The position numbers were made by a program, and so were the translations under genes. 53,627 nucleotides of DNA, taken from a virus. Lineage: Duplodnaviria; Caudoviricetes. The notes under the pieces were generated by a model that saw only the letters and a program-made list of their open reading frames with translations, was not told the DNA's origin and did not search any database. This document shows positions 16,717 to 26,493 of this stretch, one piece after another. The stretch covers positions 1 through 53,627 of IMG/VR virus record IMGVR_UViG_3300044951_001798. One strand, written 5' to 3'. Every line of letters begins with the position of its first letter. Position 1 is the stretch's first letter.

Positions 16717-18168
16717 ATGAGCGAAGTTATTTCTATCATAGTCAGCGAAGTTGTTTTTAACAAAGATTTTTATACCCGTACTGAGTCACAAAGTCCGGCC
16801 AAAGTACAAGAATACGCAATGTCTATTGCAGGTGGAGAATTCCCGCCAATTCTGTTGAATCAAGACAATATTCTTTTAGACGGATGGCATCGTTGGATGG
16901 CGCATAAGGAATGCGGTCTTAAAACGATTGATGTGGAATATCTGGATACCAGCGGATTTATATTTGATGGCAAGTTAGATGTTCACGCTATTAAGCGCAA
17001 ATCGGCACGTTCCAATTTCCGGCATGGTCAACCGCAAACCGAAAAGGAACTCAAGAAGCTGATCCGTGATGAGTACCGAGCAAAAATGGAAAGCCTTGAC
17101 CAGAAAGACAGAGCCAATCTCAAGAAGGATATGGCAAAAGATTATAGCAGGTCTGAGCGGTATATCAGGGAGACCACCAGCCGCATCGACAAGGATTTGA
17201 AAATTGAATTGCGGGAAACGGCGTTTAATATGTGGATGGGGTGTTATTCGCAGGATGAAATATCTATTGAAATAGGATTTTCAAGACAGGCTATCGGTGA
17301 GTTCCTTAATTCTCTACAAGACGCCAAAAATGGCACAGATTCCGAAATTGGCGACCCGTCGGAAAATACCGAACTCGCTCAAGACAGTGAAAATAGGCAG
17401 TTTGAGGATGATGGACAAGATGACTCCAATAGCTTAGGCGTTTACAAACTCGACAAACGGTTGTTGATTAAGGCAAACCACATGGATGAGTATTTCAAAC
17501 CGCCGATTTACAATATTTGGAAGCAGCAGAAACGCAGTGATCAAGTGAATCACTTTGGGAATAGTGAAATCAGCTTTGTCGATAACCTGCTGTATCTATA
17601 TACAAAGCCATTTGATATCGTGATTGACCCGTTTGGTGGTGGAGGTTCTACAATTGATTTATGCAAAACCAGGTTGCGCCGTTATCTGGTTTCTGACCGC
17701 AAACCTGTTGATATTCGTTCGGATATTCGTCAACACGATATTAAAGATGGCGTTCTATCTCCGTCAACATGGAAGGATGTTAAGCTGGTTTATCTTGATC
17801 CGCCGTATTGGTTGCAGGCGCAAGGCCAATACAGCCAAGACGCTGATGATTTGGCAAATATGGAATTGGATACTTTTAATGAAAAGTTGTCAAGTCTTGT
17901 AAAAATGTATGCCGAAAAACTCAAACGTGCAAGAGCAGAAAACGCTTATATCGCACTGATCATCCAGCCTACCCAATGGAAAACCAATGAAACACACGAT
18001 TACACTGATCATGTTGGTGATATGCTAAAAATGGTAAAATTGCCAGTCGAGATGAGATATTCTGTTCCTTACGAAAGCCAACAGAATAACGCGCAAATGG
18101 TTATCTGGGCGAAGGAAAACAAAAAATGCCTTGTCCTCACTCGTGAAATAATCGTTTGGAGGATTTGA
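16717..18168 (+). CDS. ParB-like N-terminal domain fused to amino-DNA methyltransferase
   Basis: FPPILL..LLDGWHR (ParB); DPFGGGGST (motif I) then YLDPPYW (motif IV). Confidence 0.8.
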   Translation: MSEVISIIVSEVVFNKDFYTRTESQSPAKVQEYAMSIAGGEFPPILLNQDNILLDGWHRWMAHKECGLKTIDVEYLDTSGFIFDGKLDVHAIKRKSARSNFRHGQPQTEKELKKLIRDEYRAKMESLDQKDRANLKKDMAKDYSRSERYIRETTSRIDKDLKIELRETAFNMWMGCYSQDEISIEIGFSRQAIGEFLNSLQDAKNGTDSEIGDPSENTELAQDSENRQFEDDGQDDSNSLGVYKLDKRLLIKANHMDEYFKPPIYNIWKQQKRSDQVNHFGNSEISFVDNLLYLYTKPFDIVIDPFGGGGSTIDLCKTRLRRYLVSDRKPVDIRSDIRQHDIKDGVLSPSTWKDVKLVYLDPPYWLQAQGQYSQDADDLANMELDTFNEKLSSLVKMYAEKLKRARAENAYIALIIQPTQWKTNETHDYTDHVGDMLKMVKLPVEMRYSVPYESQQNNAQMVIWAKENKKCLVLTREIIVWRI

Positions 18169-18707
18169 TGCAAAAGGAAATGTATGGTACGCGCGATTTA
18201 TCATTTTCTGCTTGGCATAGACGAGATTCTATAAAACGATTTATTGATTACAAAGACGCTGAAAAACTGTCTATGATTGATTTGGATTCAGCATGTTTTA
18301 TCGAATGGGAAGACAATTTTAAAGAACCTATTGCTATCATAGAGGCAGCGATTGATCATGGACAATACAAACATGCGCGAATCATACAACGCCTCGCAGA
18401 GAAAGCAGATATATATGGACTTCTTTTGTTGTACAAATTATCGAACGAACGAAACCCAGTAGATAAAACAGTTTTTGATATTATGCGGTTTAAAGTCAAG
18501 GTTTTGTATCCTAAAGAAAGTGATGGGTTTGCTATTTTTACTCCAAAGCAATGGGCTGAATCTTTGGTAGAAATGCGTAAATATGCGTTATCGCAAATTC
18601 ACAACCAAATAGCCAATCACGAAAAAACAAACTTTTCAGCATCGAAAGAAAAGGATTTAAAGAGTGAAACTACAGCCAATAGACAATATGGCACTGGCCT
18701 TGTATGA
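18168..18707 (+). CDS. Hypothetical protein, possible PD-(D/E)xK nuclease fold
   Basis: TGATG-coupled to the MTase; FSAWHR..MIDLD..IE..PIAIIE. Confidence 0.45.
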   Translation: MQKEMYGTRDLSFSAWHRRDSIKRFIDYKDAEKLSMIDLDSACFIEWEDNFKEPIAIIEAAIDHGQYKHARIIQRLAEKADIYGLLLLYKLSNERNPVDKTVFDIMRFKVKVLYPKESDGFAIFTPKQWAESLVEMRKYALSQIHNQIANHEKTNFSASKEKDLKSETTANRQYGTGLV

Positions 18708-19488
18708 AGCCGCCGCCAGAGCCAACAGCACTAAGCAGCGCCGAGCGTACCTGGGGATGTCTGCTATTGGAGACCCATGTATCAGGAAGCTATGGTTATC
18801 TTTCCGTGGATACACGCCGCTTCCACTTGATGGACGTGTCTTAATGTTGTTCAGATTTGGCGACCGTGTAGAAGAGGAAATCATTTACCATATACGCCTC
18901 GCTGGGTATAGTGTGGAAGGCCAACAGGAATCTTTTTCAGATCATGACAACTGGTTCTCCGGACATTGTGACGGTATTATTCACGGAGTTACAAGGCAAA
19001 GACATATCCTTGAAATCAAGTCATGCAATGCTAACAAATTCAAGGCATTTCAGCAGTACGGCGTACAGAAAACTTATCAGATATACTATGATCAAGCTAT
19101 CTGTTACTGCGGTTATGCCGGCCTCGAACGTGCTTTGTTCGTCATTCAGAACAAAAACAATTCTGAAATCTATACTGAGAGGATATATTTTGATGCAGAA
19201 GTGTTTGAAGCACTCAAACAAAAAGCATATCAGATTATCACGGCAAACGATCCGGCGCCGCAACCTTTTGCAGAAGACTCTCAGACATGCAGTTGGTGCG
19301 ACTACCGAATAACGTGCTGGATGCCGTCAGAGGCGATACAATCGTTAAGAGATTGTATGACTTGTGAGTATTTAAAATGGACTGGACTTGTGCGGAGCTG
19401 TCTGCATAAAGATCATCCGTATGAAATCAAGCAACGGATAGGAGTCTGCGGTGATTTTATTTTAAAAAACATCGAGGGGGAGCTATGA
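18664..19488 (+). CDS. Cas4-like/PD-(D/E)xK phage exonuclease
   Basis: YLGMSAIGDPCIRKLW..GHCDG..LEIKS..QAICY..CSWCDY..C. Confidence 0.8.
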   Translation: MKLQPIDNMALALYEAAARANSTKQRRAYLGMSAIGDPCIRKLWLSFRGYTPLPLDGRVLMLFRFGDRVEEEIIYHIRLAGYSVEGQQESFSDHDNWFSGHCDGIIHGVTRQRHILEIKSCNANKFKAFQQYGVQKTYQIYYDQAICYCGYAGLERALFVIQNKNNSEIYTERIYFDAEVFEALKQKAYQIITANDPAPQPFAEDSQTCSWCDYRITCWMPSEAIQSLRDCMTCEYLKWTGLVRSCLHKDHPYEIKQRIGVCGDFILKNIEGEL

Positions 19489-19661
19489 CACGATCAAGAA
19501 TAACAAGTGCATTAAATGATTTACAGAAACAGGTTAAGACAAAAACAACTATAGGAGAAGCTCTTGAAATTTGCAACCAGTGGACTGCTGATCTAATGGC
19601 GGTGTGCAAAAAAGAAGAAATTGACGGTTATCGAAACGGTGTTAAAAATACAAGGAAATGA
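19485..19661 (+). CDS. Small hypothetical protein (58 aa)
   Basis: ATGA overlap, GAGGGG RBS; MTRSRITSALNDLQKQV... Confidence 0.45.
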   Translation: MTRSRITSALNDLQKQVKTKTTIGEALEICNQWTADLMAVCKKEEIDGYRNGVKNTRK

Positions 19662-19665
19662 TACT

Positions 19666-19839
19666 GTGAAGGCAACTATAGAGATTGAACTGAAAATGGA
19701 CGGCGAATACCGAAAAACGGACGATCAGAATATTGTGGATGCAATACTGTTGTCTTTAGATAATACGTGGTTAATTAAGGATGATAGATTGGTTGTGATT
19801 GCAAAGTCGGCAACATGCAGGCTGAAAGGAAAACCATGA
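19666..19839 (+). CDS. Small hypothetical protein
   Basis: GTG start after AAGGA; coupled to next gene. Confidence 0.4.
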   Translation: MKATIEIELKMDGEYRKTDDQNIVDAILLSLDNTWLIKDDRLVVIAKSATCRLKGKP

Positions 19840-20261
19840 TTGATAACGACAATGGTACAGTCACCGATGAATCCACCGGTCTAATGTGGCAGCAGGAAAC
19901 ACCTGGTAAACCGATGGACTGGAGACCATCATCAGAACATTGTAAATATTTGAGATTGGCAGGCTATACCGACTGGAGACTGCCTACCATTAAAGAATTG
20001 ATGAGCCTGGTGGATTACAACAGATATACACCTGCGATAGATATCACATATTTCCCAAATACGGTTCCGTCATTTTACTGGTCTGCGACAGAACTCGCTT
20101 ATGGGATGGGTACAATATGGGGTGTGAACTTTGGATATGGGGAGTCTTACGGGCATGATAACTATACCAGTTACTATGTTCGGGCAGTTCGGACTTTTTA
20201 TCGGGTCGTCACACGGGCTAAAATAAGAGCAATTAACACTGTTTTAAAGGAATTTTTTTAA
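19836..20261 (+). CDS. DUF1566 (Lcl C-terminal, C-type lectin fold) protein
   Basis: DNGTVTD..TGLMWQ..GYTDWRLPTIKEL..YWS..YYVRAVR. Confidence 0.9.
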   Translation: MIDNDNGTVTDESTGLMWQQETPGKPMDWRPSSEHCKYLRLAGYTDWRLPTIKELMSLVDYNRYTPAIDITYFPNTVPSFYWSATELAYGMGTIWGVNFGYGESYGHDNYTSYYVRAVRTFYRVVTRAKIRAINTVLKEFF

Positions 20262-20263
20262 TT

Positions 20264-20911
20264 ATGAAGAAATGCCTTTTTTGTGAAGAAGAAATACCAG
20301 AAACAAGCGCAAGAACAAAATTCTGTTCGGACGCATGCACATGCAAAGATAGAAAAAATAGGTACAGAAAACCGATTGTAGCTTATGAAGCAATACCATG
20401 TAAAAACTGCGGAAAAATGTTTACACCAAAACAATCAAATTCTGTTGCTTGTGGCAGACCAGGATGCAAGGCTGTCCGAATACCGGTGCTGAAATTAAAA
20501 AAATGCCTTATTTGTGGGACGGAAATAACAGCTAAACACGGAATGAAATATTGTTCAGATATATGTGTGAGAAAACATAGGAAAAAGAAATATGATGACA
20601 GGCAATGTCTCTATTGTGGGAAAATGTTTACTCCAACAAAAAGCATTTCTAAAACCTGTGGCAATGAAGATTGTTTGAAATCTCACTGCATAGCGCTAAA
20701 TAAGGCCAGAGATTTCGCTGATAGTGGGCAGGAGTATGAAATCTCAAGGGAAAGCGTCTTAACGAAATGCCCAAGGTGTGAAAGGTTGTATCAACGAATA
20801 TATGAACCAGCATGGATTGGGAGGGGAATGCCACGGGTATTCTGTAACAATTGCAATTTTGGATTTATAGCCAACCAACCATCATATAATGAATATGAGA
20901 TAAGGATTTAA
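20264..20911 (+). CDS. Multi-CxxC zinc-ribbon repeat protein
   Basis: Repeated CxxC..FCSxxC / CGKMFTP units. Confidence 0.7.
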   Translation: MKKCLFCEEEIPETSARTKFCSDACTCKDRKNRYRKPIVAYEAIPCKNCGKMFTPKQSNSVACGRPGCKAVRIPVLKLKKCLICGTEITAKHGMKYCSDICVRKHRKKKYDDRQCLYCGKMFTPTKSISKTCGNEDCLKSHCIALNKARDFADSGQEYEISRESVLTKCPRCERLYQRIYEPAWIGRGMPRVFCNNCNFGFIANQPSYNEYEIRI

Positions 20912-20914
20912 AAA

Positions 20915-21373
20915 TTGAGGCCATTAATAAAGATTGTATCGAGGTTGGCAATGGCTTCCGCCATTGCCTCCAAAGCTATAGAAGCCTCCACTGATAATAG
21001 CGAAGCATTAAAGGCATACCAAAATATGGACAATGCGGCAATGGACGCGCTTAAAGCATTTCCTGGTGCGCTGAGTCAGAAAGAATATGCTTTTGTACAA
21101 GATAGATTAGTTAAATTCTGCGATGCAATGGATTGGGAAAACAAATACCATGATGTAAGAAAATTTATGGTTTTTTCTTCAGAACAGCTCTCCGGGATTA
21201 GGTATGAACTGAAGGCGCATAATGCAGATGCACGCAAAGTGGCAGCAATTGATAGGCTAATTTCGATTGAGGCTGATATTTATGATAGATATTCAGACGG
21301 AGGGGAATGCACGGGATGTGCAAAAGAAGGAATTATAGCTCATGACACCTGGGATCAAATCTTTAGTTCATAA
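20915..21373 (+). CDS. Hypothetical phage protein
   Basis: ORF in operon. Confidence 0.55.
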   Translation: MRPLIKIVSRLAMASAIASKAIEASTDNSEALKAYQNMDNAAMDALKAFPGALSQKEYAFVQDRLVKFCDAMDWENKYHDVRKFMVFSSEQLSGIRYELKAHNADARKVAAIDRLISIEADIYDRYSDGGECTGCAKEGIIAHDTWDQIFSS

Positions 21374-22001
21374 AAAAACATTGCCAGCCATACATTACGA
21401 CTGGTTCTGTGAAATATACCATTGCAAGATGTTACGTTCTGCCTGCGAACGTCGCCAAGAACTGGCTAAATACACAGGCGTAAACCAATACCGGTCGCAG
21501 TATTCTGATACCTGTAGCAATTGCAGTCAAATTAAAAAAGGAGTTAAAATGATAGAAGAAGGAGTTTTCACGATAGGGCCGACAGAAGCCGAAAATCAAG
21601 AATCTGAAACGACAAGAGTGTGTCGGAACTGCAAAGAAGTATTACCAATGGAAGATTTTTATAAAAGTATTGATCACATTGGGGGCAGGGAGCGGACGTG
21701 TAAAAAATGTCAGGCAGTGAGAAAAAGAATAACAGCAGCAGCGAAGAAATTCACGGTAAAGATTAAAGCTGAACCGCCGAAATTGCCGGTGGGATTACCG
21801 CCAGGTGTTTCAATAAATCCAGTTTCTGGGAGTGACGATTTTCCGCTCACAAAAGATTTCATCTGTAATAATGACCATTCGGTAACGTTAGATTTTTCAT
21901 ATCATCCAGACATGTTAAAATCGGTTTTAGACGCCGCAAAAAGGGAGTTCAGGACACCACAAATGCAAATTCTTTATATGCTATCGAAACATGTTGATTA
22001 A
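21342..22001 (+). CDS. Zn-finger hypothetical protein
   Basis: CRNCKE..DFYK..CKKC. Confidence 0.55.
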   Translation: MTPGIKSLVHKKTLPAIHYDWFCEIYHCKMLRSACERRQELAKYTGVNQYRSQYSDTCSNCSQIKKGVKMIEEGVFTIGPTEAENQESETTRVCRNCKEVLPMEDFYKSIDHIGGRERTCKKCQAVRKRITAAAKKFTVKIKAEPPKLPVGLPPGVSINPVSGSDDFPLTKDFICNNDHSVTLDFSYHPDMLKSVLDAAKREFRTPQMQILYMLSKHVD

Positions 22002-22013
22002 AAGCGAGGCACC

Positions 22014-22262
22014 ATGGAAATAAATTGTATAGATGCAATGGCGGATAAATGGCCATCAACAATTTGCGCTCGGGGAGCAATCAGTGAGTTTACTGGTGGA
22101 GTATATTCTCCGAGATTTCTTGCGAATGAAGATTGTGCTCGGAGAGGGCCTGTTGGGAAAATATTAATCGGTGGGCAAGTCTGTTATCCAGTGACAGAAT
22201 TGATCGAATGGTTGAAGTCAAGATCGTCAAGTTCATGGTCAACGCGTAAAAAAACCAAATAA
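22014..22262 (+). CDS. Excisionase / recombination directionality factor-like
   Basis: Small basic wHTH (FTGG..SPRFLANED..GP..YPVTELIEWL) immediately upstream of attP. Confidence 0.7.
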   Translation: MEINCIDAMADKWPSTICARGAISEFTGGVYSPRFLANEDCARRGPVGKILIGGQVCYPVTELIEWLKSRSSSSWSTRKKTK

Positions 22263-22336
22263 CGATATCATGGATATTTTTTACCCATTGGATGATAAAT
22301 GGGGACAGAGTGGGGACAAAAAAAATAACCAAAGAA

Positions 22337-22375
22337 AAAGGGTTACAGTTATTCGCTGTAACCCTTTTATTTTAT
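22337..22375. terminator. Bidirectional terminator hairpin (replacement tRNA terminator)
   Basis: AAAAGGGTTACAG-TTATTCG-CTGTAACCCTTTT. Confidence 0.75.
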
Positions 22376-22422
22376 TGGTGCCCCCGAGGTGAATCGAACA
22401 CCTGGCCAATGGATTAGGAATC
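22376..22422 (-). tRNA. 3' half of tRNA-Arg(CCT) = att core (not a full tRNA)
   Basis: Reverse complement GATTCCTAATCCATTGGCCAGGTGTTCGATTCACCTCGGGGGCACCA: anticodon loop TTCCTAA, T-loop TTCGATT, CCA end; no 5' half. Confidence 0.88.
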
Positions 22423-22589
22423 TAATTCGGAGCATTTCACAATGTTTCACAACTCTTCACAAACTGAAAATAACCACTTGACTTTCCAAACGATTTGGCA
22501 TTATATCCCATCCTAAACTTTACTTATATTTACCCCTGCGTAGGACAAAAAATGGGGACAGAGTGGGGACTGGAAAATGGGGGTTTGGG

Positions 22590-23801
22590 ATGGTTGGTTG
22601 GCAAAGATCAGATTATAGAGGTGTCCGTTTTCGTGAACATAACACCAGAACGCATGGTATTACGAAGGATAGATATTTTGTAATACGATACCAATTTAAT
22701 GGAAAACGATATGGGGAATCGTTAGGTTGGGCATCGGAGGGCATGAGCGCAAAAAAAGCGTTTCTGATACTGGCTGAGCTGAAACAAAATCAGGCCACAA
22801 GTACACCACCATTTACACTAAGAGAAAAACTGTCTATCGAACATGCGCGACGTGATTATGAAGAACGAGAAAAGATTCAGACAGAAACCATAAATATTAC
22901 ATTCAAAACATTTTTTGAAAATTCTTATTTGCCTATCCAGAGAACCCATAAGCGCAACAGATCCTTAGTACCTGAAACGGGACAAGCCGAGAACTGGATT
23001 TTTCCGGTTGTTGGGTATATTCCGATGAAAGATATATCCAGTTTCCATATCGAACGAATAAAAAAGAACTTGCTTGACGCTGGCAGGTCACCACGAACAA
23101 TACAGTATTGCCTAGCCACAATCCGGCAGGTTTGGAACCATGCACGGCGAGCCGGGGTTGTTTCAGGAGATTCACCAACACTGAATGTTAAAATCCCGAA
23201 ATTTGATAACAAGAGGGAGAGATATCTTAATCCGGCTGAATGTGACAGCCTGCTTGAAGAATTGAAAAAACATTCTGTAACTACATACCATTTAGCGACT
23301 GTATCCCTGGATACTGGGATGAGGTTCTCGGAAATTGCAGGGCTTCAATGGCAGAATATTGATCTCGTCCGGGAGTCGATATCTATCATGGATACTAAAT
23401 CCGGTAGAAACCGCACTGTTTATATGACTGAACGAGTTAAGTCTTTGTTCTATGATATACCAAAATCCGAATCTGATATGCTGGTATTTCCTGATCAAAA
23501 TGGAGGAATGATCAAACAGGTCAGTAATATTTTTGATAGAGTAGTGCTTACTCTGGGACTGAATACCGGCATTGATGATGACAGGCTGAAATGTGTCTTT
23601 CATTCTCTGCGGCATACGCATGCCAGCCGATTACTCGAATCTGGAGCTGATATCTACCGAGTAAAGGAGTTATTGGGACATGCAAGCGTTACCACCACTG
23701 AACGCTACAGCCATATCACTGCGGATAGGCTGCGGAGCGCGATTAAAGATATGGAAAAAATGAATCTTTCTAATGTCATACAAATAAAAAAAATTGTGTG
23801 A
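22590..23801 (+). CDS. int: Tyrosine integrase
   Basis: Arm-binding N-terminus; TGMRFSEI, TKSG, FHSLRHTHAS, LLGH, TERYSH. Confidence 0.96.
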   Translation: MVGWQRSDYRGVRFREHNTRTHGITKDRYFVIRYQFNGKRYGESLGWASEGMSAKKAFLILAELKQNQATSTPPFTLREKLSIEHARRDYEEREKIQTETINITFKTFFENSYLPIQRTHKRNRSLVPETGQAENWIFPVVGYIPMKDISSFHIERIKKNLLDAGRSPRTIQYCLATIRQVWNHARRAGVVSGDSPTLNVKIPKFDNKRERYLNPAECDSLLEELKKHSVTTYHLATVSLDTGMRFSEIAGLQWQNIDLVRESISIMDTKSGRNRTVYMTERVKSLFYDIPKSESDMLVFPDQNGGMIKQVSNIFDRVVLTLGLNTGIDDDRLKCVFHSLRHTHASRLLESGADIYRVKELLGHASVTTTERYSHITADRLRSAIKDMEKMNLSNVIQIKKIV

Positions 23802-23862
23802 CTGTTTCAATAATTTATGGTATTTACAGAATATACCCCCTGTGGTTTCGACCCAGGGCTGC

Positions 23863-23900
23863 GGGGCTACTTCGGTGGCCCCTGCTTAAAAAAAAGCAGG
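23863..23900. terminator. Hairpins between convergent int and lysis transcripts
   Basis: GGGGCTAC-TTCG-GTGGCCCC followed by an A run. Confidence 0.5.
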
Positions 23901-24162
23901 ACGAACGGTCCACCATGAATAATGATCAACAGGCTCAGTTTTTAGATGCAAACAACCTTCAAACCTTTGTCAGTAATGAATTGATGGGGATGATCAACTT
24001 TTGATTTTCCATTGACTATTTACTGAGTTGTCATCCGTTATTTTTTTTGGCCATTTTTTCTTTTCTCAACCAAAGCACAATGCGGATTCACAGGCGCAAC
24101 CGCCTGTAATGCTCGCCACGGCGTTTAAAATGGAAACGAATGGTATAGGTTGGGTGAATTAT

Positions 24163-24402
24163 TTACTTCACTTTGAAAATCGCCAGGCAATCAACGATAA
24201 TCCCGAATAATCCCCTGACTTTCTCCCAGACGGCATCATCCCCCACGATAGTCGCAAGGCTCTCCAGTACTGTCGCCTTTTTTGCTTCGCCAGAATTTGC
24301 AGGGAATTCCTGCTGGCAGATAATCATTATTTCTCTGACTAACCTCACAAAACTTACAATCCCAGTCAGAACCATTAGCACATTCGTTGCAATTAACGGC
24401 AT
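24163..24402 (-). CDS. Small membrane protein (holin-like)
   Basis: GAGG RBS; hydrophobic N-terminus; GEAKKATVL motif; end of lysis module. Confidence 0.5.
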   Translation of the reverse strand: MPLIATNVLMVLTGIVSFVRLVREIMIICQQEFPANSGEAKKATVLESLATIVGDDAVWEKVRGLFGIIVDCLAIFKVK

Positions 24403-24745
24403 TGAGTTTATCCTCGTACTTCTTAATTTTTTCAAGACTGCGTTTCAACCGCCAGTCTTTTTAAAAATTGATAAGCGGCTGTGATATTTACAAAGAAAGC
24501 TTTTTCATTCTCAGGCGGTTCGTTTCGGTTTATCGGCATCGTTTTGCCCATTTGGCTTCCTGATCTTCGCAATATCCCGAGCTATATCAACATCCCGATA
24601 TATCCGATATGCTCTTGCAAAGTCTAAGAGATATTCTGGTGGAGGCTCATCTTTCTTCATAATTTATGCCTGAAACAACCGCCAATCACAATACCGTTGA
24701 TGACACCCAGCAGGAAATAAGCGATAATCAATATGTCTTTGTCTG

Positions 24746-24931
24746 TCATTTGTCTTCCAGTGATTCTGGTACTTTGCCTGTTCGGAGCGAGTTATAAACA
24801 TTTGAGAACATTGTCATTATTTTATCATCAACCGTAGATTTCGATAGCAATGCCAGTCCTTTAAGCAAAGTTAAGATCAAATATAAAGACATCCAATTTT
24901 CACCGACGATTTTTAAAAGCCATGCGTCCAT
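24746..24931 (-). CDS. Small membrane protein (holin-like)
   Basis: One TM segment, STVDDKI motif. Confidence 0.5.
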   Translation of the reverse strand: MDAWLLKIVGENWMSLYLILTLLKGLALLSKSTVDDKIMTMFSNVYNSLRTGKVPESLEDK

Positions 24932-24937
24932 AATGCC

Positions 24938-25264
24938 TCAATGAACCAGATAGGTAATTGGTTTAAAAACGAGATAAGTCGGCGGAATGAAAGTCAGAAC
25001 GTCGGTAGGACTTTGATAAAATACCCCTATCTCCCCCAGATTAACAATCGAATCACCTGAATTTTGGTGATAACCGTAGATATAATGTACAACATTATCA
25101 ACCGATATGTACATAAAGCCGTTGCTTCCTGGTTCTAAAATAGACTGCTGAAATGTTATGACAGTACTATCGTTATCTCTCAGATAGTACGATTTGTTAT
25201 TTACATCAAGTGCATAAGCATTTGATGTTAACATAAGCAATATTGTAAATAGTATTCTTTTCAT
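24938..25264 (-). CDS. Secreted hypothetical protein
   Basis: Signal peptide MKRILFTILLMLTSNAYA. Confidence 0.55.
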   Translation of the reverse strand: MKRILFTILLMLTSNAYALDVNNKSYYLRDNDSTVITFQQSILEPGSNGFMYISVDNVVHYIYGYHQNSGDSIVNLGEIGVFYQSPTDVLTFIPPTYLVFKPITYLVH

Positions 25265-25268
25265 GTTA

Positions 25269-25487
25269 TTAATCCTTCATTTCCCTTGGAGATAGTCGCA
25301 ATTTAGCGAACCCATCCGTGTAGCTTGTATTAACATATCTATGTCTGGCGGGTTGCTCGCATGTTTCAACCGAAGGGTAACTTGTCGTATAGTATCCTAT
25401 GGGATAAGACAATTCGACAGGAGCCGTAGAGTTATCCTCGTAAATTTCAATACACGTTTCGTGCTTTTTGATTGTTTGTAAAATCAT
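25269..25487 (-). CDS. Hypothetical protein
   Basis: ORF directly after endolysin. Confidence 0.4.
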   Translation of the reverse strand: MILQTIKKHETCIEIYEDNSTAPVELSYPIGYYTTSYPSVETCEQPARHRYVNTSYTDGFAKLRLSPREMKD

Positions 25488-25488
25488 A

Positions 25489-25929
25489 TCACCAATCCAG
25501 TATCATTTGGTAGAGACGCAACACCCTGAATAAATGCCCCTTAACGTAAATATCCTTGGAGTGTTTTTTATAATGCAACATTCTCATCAAAAGAAGATCA
25601 TGAAAAGAATATTGATTCATAAATTCTCTAAGATCGCCATTTATGAGAGTTTTTAACGTTCCTGGCCCTTGATTGACGCAAGTGTCGAAGCATACCAGAT
25701 CAAATGGAAAAGGTAGGTCGTCACATCCTGCTTTATCCCAATACTTTGTCTTGTAGATAATCGCAGCCTTTTCGATTGACATATCTCGTGTTACCTCAGG
25801 ATTATACCTTGACGATAACCCCCACACAGTAAATCCACCACCTGCATTCCCAGGATCGTGTTGATCGGTAGAAAGTTTCCCCTCCAGTTCCAGTACTGCT
25901 CTCAGCGAGCGGTCGAAATTACGCTTCAT
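25489..25929 (-). CDS. Endolysin, glycosyl hydrolase family 108
   Basis: LEG..HDPG..T.WG..AAIIYKTKYW..FDTCVNQG. Confidence 0.88.
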   Translation of the reverse strand: MKRNFDRSLRAVLELEGKLSTDQHDPGNAGGGFTVWGLSSRYNPEVTRDMSIEKAAIIYKTKYWDKAGCDDLPFPFDLVCFDTCVNQGPGTLKTLINGDLREFMNQYSFHDLLLMRMLHYKKHSKDIYVKGHLFRVLRLYQMILDW

Positions 25930-26482
25930 CACATTCTCCTTTTTTATCAGTAGCTCTACGGCCAAATGGCGCTGAAATTATTGCACTGTTTGCTCGTAAT
26001 TTCAATGCTTTTTCCAACTCATTAATCCTATCTGTATGATCAGATCGTTCTCTCAAAACCAAATCGTGGATGCTGAACATGGCTTTATTTGATTCCTGAT
26101 TAGCCATAATTGTAGCAAGTTTCTCATGGATTTCAAGCCAGCAAGCATGCGTTTTGTTGTTAGCTTCATGCCGTTTTAAATCCTGCAAATTTATGCACGC
26201 TTGTATTTCATCAATTTTTTTTTCTAAAGAATCCCTTACTTTATCTCTGCTTTTAATACAGTGCGCTGTTTCTTCTTCACACATTGTCTTTGTCATAACA
26301 TGCTTCATGTCCTTGATATAATAATCCTCCATGCTTTCGACTTTAGTTTCAAGTTTTTCAATTACTTTCCTAAGTTCGTCGAGAACTCTGATGTTATTTT
26401 TGAATACGAATGCTGCACCACCAAAAGCAAATGAGAACGTAATAAGCGGTATCAGAATGTCAATGTGGTCGAAGATGTTCAT
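25919..26482 (-). CDS. N-terminal TM plus coiled-coil protein (lysis-associated)
   Basis: Single TM then heptad-rich region; overlaps endolysin start. Confidence 0.55.
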   Translation of the reverse strand: MNIFDHIDILIPLITFSFAFGGAAFVFKNNIRVLDELRKVIEKLETKVESMEDYYIKDMKHVMTKTMCEEETAHCIKSRDKVRDSLEKKIDEIQACINLQDLKRHEANNKTHACWLEIHEKLATIMANQESNKAMFSIHDLVLRERSDHTDRINELEKALKLRANSAIISAPFGRRATDKKGECDEA

Positions 26483-26493
26483 GAGTTTTTTCC

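Larger units (their letters stand above)
22297..22570. other. attP site with arm-type repeats
   Basis: AAATGGGGACAGAGTGGGGAC repeated at 22297-22317 and 22550-22570 around a tRNA fragment; 10-bp-period TTCACAA repeats at about 22435-22464. Confidence 0.85.

Noticed and set aside
22376-22422. Functional phage tRNA gene
   Set aside because: Only the anticodon loop to CCA is present; D-arm and 5' acceptor strand are missing.
24236-24448. Cys-rich 70-aa ORF as embedded spanin
   Set aside because: No lipobox or signal peptide; the overlapping membrane ORF has the better RBS.
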